Below, piece after piece: positions 1 to 8,400 of a DNA stretch of 29,073 bases; the stretch's first letter is position 1; each line of letters opens with the position of its first letter. The position numbers were made by a program, and so were the translations under genes. The DNA comes from a virus. Taxonomy: Duplodnaviria; Caudoviricetes. The notes below the pieces were generated by a model, which saw only the letters and a program-made list of their open reading frames with translations, had not been told where the DNA came from and did not search any database. The stretch is from positions 1-29,073 of IMG/VR virus record IMGVR_UViG_3300033067_001019; one strand, 5' to 3'.

Positions 1-422
1 GTGTGCTTGGCGACGGTGGTCTCGCTGATTGTCTTGTCGCCGATCTTGCGGCGGGCCAGGGCCGCACGCCAGTTCGACGCCTCGGCCTTGGTGATGCGGT
101 CCAGGCGGACGTCGCCGAAGTGCTCTTCAAGGGCCGCGAACGTCTGGCGGAACAGTTTCACGCTGCCCGGGGTGAGGTGTGCGCCCCGTTGCTCGAGAAA
201 CCGAACCCGCCAGACGGCGAGCGTTGGCGATTCCTGCACGTCGCGGCGGCCCGGTGAGAGCAAAAGCTCCTTGGCGATGTCCCTGCATCGGCGCAGGGCC
301 TCGGCCTTGCTGGTCTTGGCCTTAGCTCCGATGGACCGGTGGACCGGCTTTCCGCCGCTGTTGTGCCAAGCTGCTTTCCAGTACGCGCCGTTGCTGTAGA
401 GTCTGACGCCGTCGGCGATCAT
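1..422 (-). CDS. int: Tyrosine recombinase / phage integrase, N-terminal part (truncated by window edge)
   Basis: Manually translated from ATG at 422 (ATGA overlap with upstream stop), open to the edge: MIADGVRLYSNGAYWKAAWHNSGGKPVHRSIG...LEEHFGDVRLDRITKAEASNWRAAL...ISETTVAKH. Resembles arm-binding plus core-binding domains of integrases; catalytic domain lies outside the window. Confidence 0.8.
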   Translation of the reverse strand, partial: MIADGVRLYSNGAYWKAAWHNSGGKPVHRSIGAKAKTSKAEALRRCRDIAKELLLSPGRRDVQESPTLAVWRVRFLEQRGAHLTPGSVKLFRQTFAALEEHFGDVRLDRITKAEASNWRAALARRKIGDKTISETTVAKH

Positions 423-643
423 GGCTTGGCCTCCTGGTTCTTCGGCGGTCTGCCCCGGCGCGGCTTGTCCACGAGCTTGAGCCCGCGGCGGTCAAACTCG
501 GCTGTGATAAGTCTGTCGAGCACGGCGTACTGCGGCACGTTGAAACCGATCTCGGCTCGCATCTGCTCGCCGATGGCCTCCAACTTCTCGCTGATCCGCG
601 CGGCTGCTGGCGCGCTGAAAGTGGTCCACTTCTCGGGCGGCAT
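419..643 (-). CDS. Small DNA-binding protein, ribbon-helix-helix-like with C-terminal AT-hook (putative regulator or excisionase)
   Basis: 74 aa; RBS AAAGGAG; short strand then two helices; PRRGRPPK AT-hook core; coupled to integrase. Confidence 0.6.
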   Translation of the reverse strand: MPPEKWTTFSAPAAARISEKLEAIGEQMRAEIGFNVPQYAVLDRLITAEFDRRGLKLVDKPRRGRPPKNQEAKP

Positions 644-682
644 ACTCTGGGGCTCCTTTCGTGGTGCTCACGCACCATGTTG

Positions 683-712
683 CGCCGTCGGGTTACAGCC
701 CGGCGGCGTTTT
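683..712 (+). terminator. Intrinsic terminator-like hairpin facing the + strand
   Basis: CGCCGTCGGG-TTACAG-CCCGGCGGCG followed by TTTT. Confidence 0.5.
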
Positions 713-724
713 CGTAGACCGAGC

Positions 725-746
725 ATTTTCGTGACGCCACGAAAAT
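725..746. promoter_or_regulatory. Perfect inverted repeat, candidate operator
   Basis: ATTTTCGTG-ACGC-CACGAAAAT; further TTTCGT half-sites at 657 and 710. Confidence 0.5.
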
Positions 747-786
747 CGAAACCTGCCCGCCACGGTCAAGCGGCGGGAGGGTGGGG

Positions 787-1056
787 TTAGTTGCCTTCGG
801 CCTTGGCGATGGCGGCGCGGAGTCCGGCTAGATCGTTGTCGTCGGTGCAGCACAGCAACCGCTCGGCAATTTTGCACGCCGCGAGCAGGTCGGGAGCCGC
901 CGCGAACATCGCGGCCTCGTCCCGCGTCATCCCGTCGCCGATCGTCTGCGCGTGACAGTTGGGAGCCAGTTTGACAAGTGCCCAGCCGTCGCACGGGTCG
1001 TTGTTGGCGTTCACGGTGCGATAGTCGTACTTCACGGTGTCGATGTCCTTGGTCAT
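787..1056 (-). CDS. Phage hypothetical early protein
   Basis: 89 aa; GGAG RBS; FAAAPDLLAAC...LRAAIAKAEG pattern common in small phage proteins. Confidence 0.8.
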   Translation of the reverse strand: MTKDIDTVKYDYRTVNANNDPCDGWALVKLAPNCHAQTIGDGMTRDEAAMFAAAPDLLAACKIAERLLCCTDDNDLAGLRAAIAKAEGN

Positions 1057-1133
1057 TGGTCAGACTCCAACCCGGCCCTATTGCCGGGGAAACCGCGCCC
1101 GGGCGATTCCTCGCGCGGGCGGGGTGTGATAAG

Positions 1134-1532
1134 TCAGATCTTCTTGGCGTTCTTCCACCACGATTCGAACATGCGGCCGAACGCTGCAAACTCGGCGTCG
1201 AACTCGACCAAAACCGCCTTGCGGGATTTGATCACTTTGCAGACGGTGCCGGTTGCGCCTTTCAGGGCGAACCGCTCACCCTGCTGGCCCTGCATCGTGC
1301 CGGATCCCGTGTACTCGACGCGGTCTCCGACGGCGAACGGTGGCCGATTGGCAATCTCCGGAAGCATCGGCGTGGCTTCCGGGTCGTACTGCCGCGCTAT
1401 CCGTGCGTCGATGTCGTAACGCGCAACGGGCACGGATTCCTCGGCGACGTCGATCAGGCTGCGCTGGCCGACCGTGTTGGGGCCGACGTTGCCTTGGCCG
1501 AATAGGCCGCATTGGTGCGGGGTGTCGGTCAT
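1134..1532 (-). CDS. Hypothetical early protein with SH3/KOW-like C-terminal barrel
   Basis: Start reassigned to ATG 1532 (RBS AGGAGG, ATGA overlap); FAVGDRVEYTG...GATGTVCKV...VLVEFD. Confidence 0.65.
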   Translation of the reverse strand: MTDTPHQCGLFGQGNVGPNTVGQRSLIDVAEESVPVARYDIDARIARQYDPEATPMLPEIANRPPFAVGDRVEYTGSGTMQGQQGERFALKGATGTVCKVIKSRKAVLVEFDAEFAAFGRMFESWWKNAKKI

Positions 1533-1693
1533 GAGTTGGCCTCCTGCTCTGCGGATTGAACCGCGTCCTCGTAGGCGGCGGCTGCTTCGTCCAGTGCGAT
1601 CACTGCCGCGCTGGTGGGCTCTCCGGCCGCGCATGCTGCTCTGAGATTGCGTTCGGCTTCGGTGACGGCTTCGGCTAGTTCTTCGATGGTCAT
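1529..1693 (-). CDS. Small acidic helical hypothetical protein
   Basis: MTIEELAEAVTEAERNLRAA... 54 aa; GGGAGG RBS; ATGA overlaps on both sides. Confidence 0.65.
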   Translation of the reverse strand: MTIEELAEAVTEAERNLRAACAAGEPTSAAVIALDEAAAAYEDAVQSAEQEANS

Positions 1694-1944
1694 GATGCCC
1701 TCCCAAACTCGATGCGATGAATCTGCATGGGAACGCCGGTCGAGTGCTTGGGCGAGTTCTGCAGCCACACCCAAGCGACGGGCATGTTGCCTTTGGCGAT
1801 TCCAGCCCGCGCCGGGTCGGCGTGGTGAGTCACTTTCAGGCAGACGATTGCGGCCTCGCGGTGTGATTTGGCGTGGATCTCGCGCGGCGCCTTTACGTCG
1901 ATCGCGTCGTCGTTGACGCCTAGGCAAACTTCGTAGATGTTCAT
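1690..1944 (-). CDS. Hypothetical early protein
   Basis: 84 aa; ATGA-coupled to neighbours. Confidence 0.65.
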   Translation of the reverse strand: MNIYEVCLGVNDDAIDVKAPREIHAKSHREAAIVCLKVTHHADPARAGIAKGNMPVAWVWLQNSPKHSTGVPMQIHRIEFGRAS

Positions 1945-2264
1945 GCTGCACCGCCGATCGTGCGGGCGGCTGTCTCAGCCGTGTTCAGGGCGTGGAACGC
2001 ACGGGCCCGGGCCTCGCACAATGCACGCTGCTCGAGGAACAGGCCAGACGACGCACGCTCAAGGGCGATCCACGAGACATAGGCAGCGGCCGCGCGATCC
2101 TTGGCCAGCTTCCAAGCGGCGTTGGCCTGCACATACAAGGCGTCGGCGTTGCTCAGTGCGTCGCGCAGGTCCGCCAGTCGATCGGCAGACGGTGCAAGCT
2201 GCTGCACCAGAATGGCGCGGCGTTGGCGGGCGATATCGAGACGTGCTACGGTTTGGTCGGCCAT
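1941..2264 (-). CDS. Hypothetical helical protein, first gene of early operon
   Basis: Start reassigned to ATG 2264 (AGGAG RBS) downstream of the sigma70 promoter; Ala-rich helical sequence. Confidence 0.65.
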   Translation of the reverse strand: MADQTVARLDIARQRRAILVQQLAPSADRLADLRDALSNADALYVQANAAWKLAKDRAAAAYVSWIALERASSGLFLEQRALCEARARAFHALNTAETAARTIGGAA

Positions 2265-2358
2265 GGGACTGATACTCCTGTGGTCCTGACCCCCGCGCTG
2301 TTTCAGCAGCCGGGGGTCGCTTTGTTTGCCGCCAGACACAATCGCCAGCGACGCACAC

Positions 2359-2387
2359 AGCATATCGAACAATCAAACCCGTGTCAA
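2359..2387 (-). promoter_or_regulatory. Sigma70-type host promoter for early genes
   Basis: Minus strand TTGACA - 17 nt - TATGCT, with AT-rich sequence upstream. Confidence 0.8.
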
Positions 2388-2389
2388 TG

Positions 2390-3250
2390 ATTAATCAATG
2401 AAGATTCTTCGCAAACACTGTGAATACAGACACTTGCGAGCATGGTGTATTCTGCAAATTGTCGAGGGATTACGTTGCGGATGCGTGGCAGACAGGCGGG
2501 AGAAGCCGTTGTTGCGACTCAGTCTCATTTGCTTATTGAGAATGCGTTCTCAGCAAGAGCATGAAAAACGCGCCTACCCTCAAATGCGCAGCTTCCGAGA
2601 ACGCTGATTCTTCGATGTCGGCTTTCTATCCTGCTCGGTTCTGCTGCCAGCCACCCGAAACGCAGTGAAACGCAATCCGCGCAAAGTTGCGTTTCAGCTT
2701 CACGCGCGCCGTGCAGCACGCAGACGAGATCATGCTGCGCAATCCGAGCGAATGCCGAACCGCTTAGGCTGGTCAGCATCACGCCGACCAGTTGGGGAAT
2801 GCATGGTGCTATCGCTGCTGCTGCTCGCGAGACAGGCAGCAAAGGCAGGGTGTAGGACGTTGAACGCTGGAATCCAGGCGATCACGCTGCATCACCTGCG
2901 ATGGGTGTGAGCGAAGGACGTCGGTCAGCGCGCGCACGCTCGCGCGATTCGCACGGGTGCAGGCGCCCGCGCAGGGCCGCACGCGCGACGCTGACGCGTC
3001 GGCCTGCTCGAACTGTGAAAGAACGAGTGACAAACTCACACCGATGCGAGCGTAAACCCTGTGATTACAGTCACTTGCGAGCGTGTGACGTGCGGATATA
3101 TACTCCGCTGGTCCTCCCTGACGCGCGCCCGCACGCGTTTCGTGTGACGCGCACACGCGAGGGGGGAGAGGGGGGCCAGGGTGATTCGCTCGATCATCAC
3201 AGCCTCCTCATGTATTCCGGCCTCGGAAACACCCGGGGGGATGTGATCAC
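2390..3250. other. Non-coding late/early junction, probable genome-end (terminal repeat / packaging) region
   Basis: Lies between terminase stop and early promoter; no convincing ORF; alternating purine-pyrimidine tracts and G-runs. Confidence 0.55.
2410..3085. repeat. Pair of 35-bp imperfect direct repeats (2410-2444 and 3051-3085), each quasi-palindromic
   Basis: cgcaaacactgtgaatacagacacttgcgagcatg vs cgtaaaccctgtgattacagtcacttgcgagcgtg, 30/35 identical. Confidence 0.75.
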
Positions 3251-3256
3251 TTCTGT

Positions 3257-5074
3257 TTATGGCAGACCATCGCGATTGATCCATCCGCGGGGTCGTTCGT
3301 CTGGTGAGGCGAGTTCGAGTTCGATGGCATCTTCGCGGAGGGCCTTGAGGATTCGCTCGCGAGCTTGGTTCTTGCCCACGCTGGACGGGTCGAGCATGTA
3401 CATCTCGTTCCAGTCCTGGATGACACCGGCGACGGCGTCGACGCGGTCGTCGTGCTCGATGCATCCTGCGGTGCGGGTGATGCGGGTGAGTTGCCATTGG
3501 AGGATGGGGTCAGCGGCGACGCGGCGGTCGATGACGACGCGATGCTGCATGAGGATGGCTTCGAGGGTGTTGCAGATGCGCTCGAACTTGTTGCCGGTGG
3601 AGTTGACGGTGCGGATGCCGCATTTCCATCCGAGCGGGTATTGGGGGTCTTGGCCAGGCTCGGTGAAGTACTGACGGGCGATGGGCATGAGGAGATCGGC
3701 GACAAGGCCCCAGCCTGAGTTTCCTTCGACGATGATGTCGTTGACGCCGTGGGTTTTGGCGGCGAGCACGACGGCGGTGAGGTTTGTCTCTGTGGCGCCG
3801 CCGTGGAAGCCATTGACATCCTTGAGGAAGAATCGGCCGTTGAGGTGTGAGGCGATGGCGTAGGCGAACTCGTCGGCGCCTTTGCCGGCTGGGTCAATTC
3901 GCATCTTGGTGCCGGCGAAGGGCGACCAGTGCTTATCGAAGGTCGAGGCGTAGTAGAAGCAGTCGTCGCCGATTCCCATGCTTTGAATGTCCTCGCAGCG
4001 CGTGGAGCCGTTGGAATCGCTCTGACCGTACATGATCGAGTCGGGTGCTTTGTCGCGGTCGATGTCAAAGACGATGAAGTCCTTGAGCCGAAGGGGGTGC
4101 TTGGCCTCGTCGGAGACGTTGGCGACGAGCATCTGCTCGCGCTCGAACTCTTCTTGGCCTTCGCCTTGGCGGATGGCGATTTCTTCGTTGCCGAACCGGT
4201 GCGGACAGGTGGGTTCCCACGGCTTGACTTTGCCGTCGCGGATCTTGTTGGCGATCATCGGGGCAAGGTTGATGACCTGCATGTCTGGGGGCGGGACAGC
4301 GATGGGCCAGGAGAAGACTTTGAAGACCTGCGGGGTCGCGTCGCCCACGGCGTTCTTCATCTCGTGCTTGGCGTTTGAGATGCTGACGTAGAGGGATTCA
4401 GAGTGCTTGGGCGTGCCGATCACGACGATCTCGGTGGGGTCGATTGGACCGCCATCTTCGTGCGGGCGATGCGGATAGAGGATGTTGATGAACTCAGAGA
4501 ACAGGCGGCGAAGCTCGATGCGGGCGTCGGCCGTCTTGGTATTCTTTTTGGTTTCGCAGTCGTCGGGGATGATCGTGTGTGCGCGGTTGCCTTCAAGCTG
4601 GCCCTGCAGGCCGATGGCTTTCACGGATGGCTGACGCGAGAGCCTTGGAGCGGTGCCGAAGTCAAAGTAGGTGGCGGCGTCGCGGTAACTGTCGCTGCGC
4701 TTGTGGGTCGGAGACATCGGGTTGAGAAACCAGACGTGCTCGATCAACTCACGCATGAGCGTGATGGTTTCCTTGGGCGCTACGAGCGACTTGGACGGAA
4801 TGAGGATCTGACGGGTCGGGTCGCGGAAGCCGCGGTAGAGAGCCAGTCCGCACGCGACCATGGTGGTCTTGCCGAACCCTCGGAACGAGAGCCCGCCGCG
4901 CAGACGCGGGCCGTTGAACATGTGCTCAATGAAGTCGTGTTCGATCTCGCCGAGCGGGGCCTTGGTGTCGTAGCCCATCTCGCCAAAGAACATCTCGACA
5001 AAGAAGTGCGGGTCGTTTGCCAGCCGACTCAATACCCGCTGCTCGGTGCGGGCGGTGAGTGGCTTTGTACTCAT
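3257..5074 (-). CDS. terL: Terminase large subunit (T7 gp19-like)
   Basis: Walker A FRGFGKTT, Walker B IIPDD, GTP coupling motif, nuclease motifs IDPAGKGADE and HDDRVDA. Confidence 0.95.
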   Translation of the reverse strand: MSTKPLTARTEQRVLSRLANDPHFFVEMFFGEMGYDTKAPLGEIEHDFIEHMFNGPRLRGGLSFRGFGKTTMVACGLALYRGFRDPTRQILIPSKSLVAPKETITLMRELIEHVWFLNPMSPTHKRSDSYRDAATYFDFGTAPRLSRQPSVKAIGLQGQLEGNRAHTIIPDDCETKKNTKTADARIELRRLFSEFINILYPHRPHEDGGPIDPTEIVVIGTPKHSESLYVSISNAKHEMKNAVGDATPQVFKVFSWPIAVPPPDMQVINLAPMIANKIRDGKVKPWEPTCPHRFGNEEIAIRQGEGQEEFEREQMLVANVSDEAKHPLRLKDFIVFDIDRDKAPDSIMYGQSDSNGSTRCEDIQSMGIGDDCFYYASTFDKHWSPFAGTKMRIDPAGKGADEFAYAIASHLNGRFFLKDVNGFHGGATETNLTAVVLAAKTHGVNDIIVEGNSGWGLVADLLMPIARQYFTEPGQDPQYPLGWKCGIRTVNSTGNKFERICNTLEAILMQHRVVIDRRVAADPILQWQLTRITRTAGCIEHDDRVDAVAGVIQDWNEMYMLDPSSVGKNQARERILKALREDAIELELASPDERPRGWINRDGLP

Positions 5075-5406
5075 GCGGTGGCCGCGTCGTCCTCGTCGTC
5101 AAGGTCCGGGAGTTTGCTCGAGCCCGGGCCGATCTTGCCTGCGATCGCTCCGGCGCGGACAAGCCGCTGCACGTTCTGGGAGAGCTTGTCGTGGTCGGAG
5201 CCGGGAGCGACGGTCTTGGAGATTCCCAGCATTTGCACGCGGGCGAGGGCGACTTTGAGGTGCGCGGCTGAGGCCGTGACACGGACAGTGCCGCCGTCGC
5301 CGTCGGGAACTTCGACGCCGTTCTTGACGATGTCGAGGAGCGTCTTGTCGAGCGCGAGGTCGAGATTGACCTGGTCCTCTGACGCCGATGGTGTGGGGTT
5401 GGTCAT
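5071..5406 (-). CDS. terS: Terminase small subunit (gp18-like)
   Basis: 111 aa, coupled to terL; SAAHLKVALARVQMLGI resembles the T7-like TerS core. Confidence 0.75.
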   Translation of the reverse strand: MTNPTPSASEDQVNLDLALDKTLLDIVKNGVEVPDGDGGTVRVTASAAHLKVALARVQMLGISKTVAPGSDHDKLSQNVQRLVRAGAIAGKIGPGSSKLPDLDDEDDAATA

Positions 5407-5415
5407 TGGTGCCTT

Positions 5416-8400
5416 TCAGTTCGAGGGCTTGGCGGGAAGGCCGCTGATCACTTGGTCGAACAGTTCTTTCACGCCGATCATGTTGGGGACCCAGAGTGCG
5501 TCGCGGATGGCGCGGGCGTCTTGCTGGGTGAAGTCGCGGCCGGGGACCGTGATTGGGGCGACAACGCCCGTCACGCCGCGGGCGAACTTGTCCATGTAGT
5601 CGAATGTCGGGTTGCCGATGAGAACGCCCCACGGGCCTTTGCCGCCCACAAGCCCCGACGTGCGGGCGAACGAGAACGCCGGATCGCGGCCCGAAAGCGA
5701 GAGAGCCGTGTCTGCGCCGAGCGGAAGCAGACTCGACCACGACGCGCGGGAGAATCCAGCCTTCATGATGGCCTCAGTGCTCATCCGCTCGGCGAGATAC
5801 TTCTCACGCTGGTCGGATGGCATCAACGACGCTGCGAGTTGCGTGCGGCCCATATAGGCCAGTGCGGCGAACATGGATGCGACCCCCCACTTTGTCGCTG
5901 TATATGCACCGTCCACCTTGAGCCCGTAGAGGAACTTCTTGGTCCACGCGCCATAGGCGTAAGTGCGAAGCTGCACGAGCAACTGCCCCATCGGTGAAGT
6001 CATCCACGCCGCTCGCTCGGCGGGTGTGTCCTTGAGCACGAGTTGCCGGACGTTCTTGGTCATGGCGTCGACGAACCACGATGCCGCCTCGCGGTCCTGC
6101 CACGAGTCGAGGTCGAGCTTCTTGAGCCGTTTGCCGAGAACGCCCTGCTCGTAGGGAGCCGCGCGGAGTTCCGCGGCGATGCGGTTCCACTTGGACTCGG
6201 TGAGACCGATGGCCTTGAACTTCGCGGACCAGCGAGAGCCGAGCGGGCGGCCCGAGTTGGCGATGTTGAACATCCGCTGGATGGATGTCGCTGCCGCCAG
6301 CGATGTCATTGTGTCGGTGCCGAAGGACTGCAGCGACAGATCGCCCGCGACGCGAGCGGCCCTGGCCGACACGTGCTGCATTTGCGCGAGCGTCTTGGGG
6401 ACTTCTTCGTTCTCGCCGATCGCCGAGTGGATGCGGCGCGATGCACGCTCTGCGCCAAACGACCAGAACCGCTGCAGTTCGCCGGTGAGCTCGCCTGCGC
6501 CCTTGCCCGTCGCGACAGTCTTGAGGATCTCGCCCCAAGCGGGGACGACCTGCAGGAATGCCCGGACGCCGTTGTCGCTCACGATGTCGGCAGTCTCGGC
6601 GAAGTTATTGATTCCCGATGAGACATTGGCCATCAGACGCGCGAAGTTTGCATTCTTCATGGTGCTGATCAGAGCCCGCGTCTTGGGGCTGTCGATGATC
6701 GGGATGCCCGCCGTCATCTTGAGAAGGATCTCCGCCCGGGCGAGGTCCGCTTTCATGCGAGAGAGCGGCACGCCAGCGCCGACCATGTCCTGCTCAAGAA
6801 CCTTGAGGACGCCCTCGACGGTCTGCGGCTTCTTGGCGAATGGGCCGTTGGGCGTCATGAGTTCGCGGATCTTGGCGAACATGGATGCATGGATCGCGCC
6901 GTGTGCATACCGCTCGGCGATGTCGCTGGCGTTGTTGACAAGCATGTCCTCGATCGCCAGCACGCTGCCGTCGGGCAGAGTCTCGCTGTACGTCTCGTCC
7001 ATCTGGATGCGGCGGCGAGCGATGGAAATGTTCTGCAGGTCGTTCCGCTCGGGGCTGATGATGTCGACGATCTCTTTGATCTGCTCTTTGCTGATCGCTT
7101 TGCCGAAGGCGGCGCGAAGCGAGTTGACCATCTCGACGCGGTGGCCGGGCTCAAAGAACTTCTGCATGAGGAGTTCGTGACTCACGCCGCGACGGCCGAT
7201 GTTTCGGACCCACATCTTGGCCAGGGCCTTGGACGCCAGTGCAATCGCGTCCTGTGCCGCGTCGCCGGCGGTGATTGCAACCTTGCTCTTGGCAAACACG
7301 TCGCCGATCTTCTGCAGCATCTCGGTCGGGGTGCCGACTTCGATTGCCCGCGCGACGGCGCCCTCAACTGTGTCGAGTCCGCGGGTGGCGATGATCTCGT
7401 CGAGTTTCGTGCGATCACCGATGCGGGTGAGATACGTCTCGCTGCCCTCGAACTTGTCGAAGCCGGGGACGCCGTGCCGCTCGGCATACGCGCGGTGCTG
7501 CTCGATGATCTTGCGGGTGAACGCCGCAGCCTTGTTGACCACTGCGTCCTGCGTGTATTCGCCTGCCGGGCGACGAACCGCCCTGCTGACTTCCGCTTCG
7601 AACTGGTCGCGGGTCAGAATCTGGACGCCCGTGTTCTTCGCGTTGGTCGCGAAGTCCGAATAGAGCCCGTCCATTTCCGTATGAATCGTCTGGCTCGCGA
7701 TGGTTTTCTGCCGGTCGGCGACGACATCGGCAGAAATTGCCGAAGCCCGTCCGCCCTTCTTTGGAAGCTGGTCATTGGCGATGGCGTTGGCGAGCATCTT
7801 CGTCATGGATGACTTCGAAGTCCCGAGATACGCGCCCATATCCCACCGGGCCCGGACGCCAAGCAGCGTCGCGTCCCACTCGGCGGTGCTGCCGCTGGGG
7901 TTGAAGTCGCCGGGGAGAACTGGCTGCGCGACCTCCTCGTTCGCATTGGGATTGAACACTGAGGCCTTGGATGCGGCGCCCATCGCCATGAAGTCGGGGG
8001 CTTCGAGCGGGGGCGGCATGTCCTCGGGCCGGATCATCGCTCGCATCTGGGCGTTGCTCATGTCGAGCAAGTCCATCTCGCTCAGGTTGCTGGCCGCGAA
8101 TGCCTTGTTGAAGGCCGCGTTTTCCTCGGGCGACAGGGGCTCATTCGATGCCGCGAGAGTCTGCCGCGCGGCGATCTCGTCGGGAGTGCCGGCGCGGAGC
8201 GTGCCCTTGTCAATCGGGATCTCGCTGAGACCGTCGATCGGGAACTCCTTGCCGTCGCGGAGCACGCGATAGCCGTCGGGCGTCTCCTCGACGTGGAACC
8301 GCTCATCGTTGATCGTGAACGTGGTCCCGGTCGGCAACTCCTGCGCGTCAACGGTCTGCTTCGGGGGCGTGCGGCCCTCGGGCAGATTCTCGTGAAGGTG

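Noticed and set aside
2398-3156. ORFs in the junction region (2398-2607, 2525-2842, 2665-2910, 2809-3156)
   Set aside because: No RBS or protein-like composition; they overlap repeats and palindromes.
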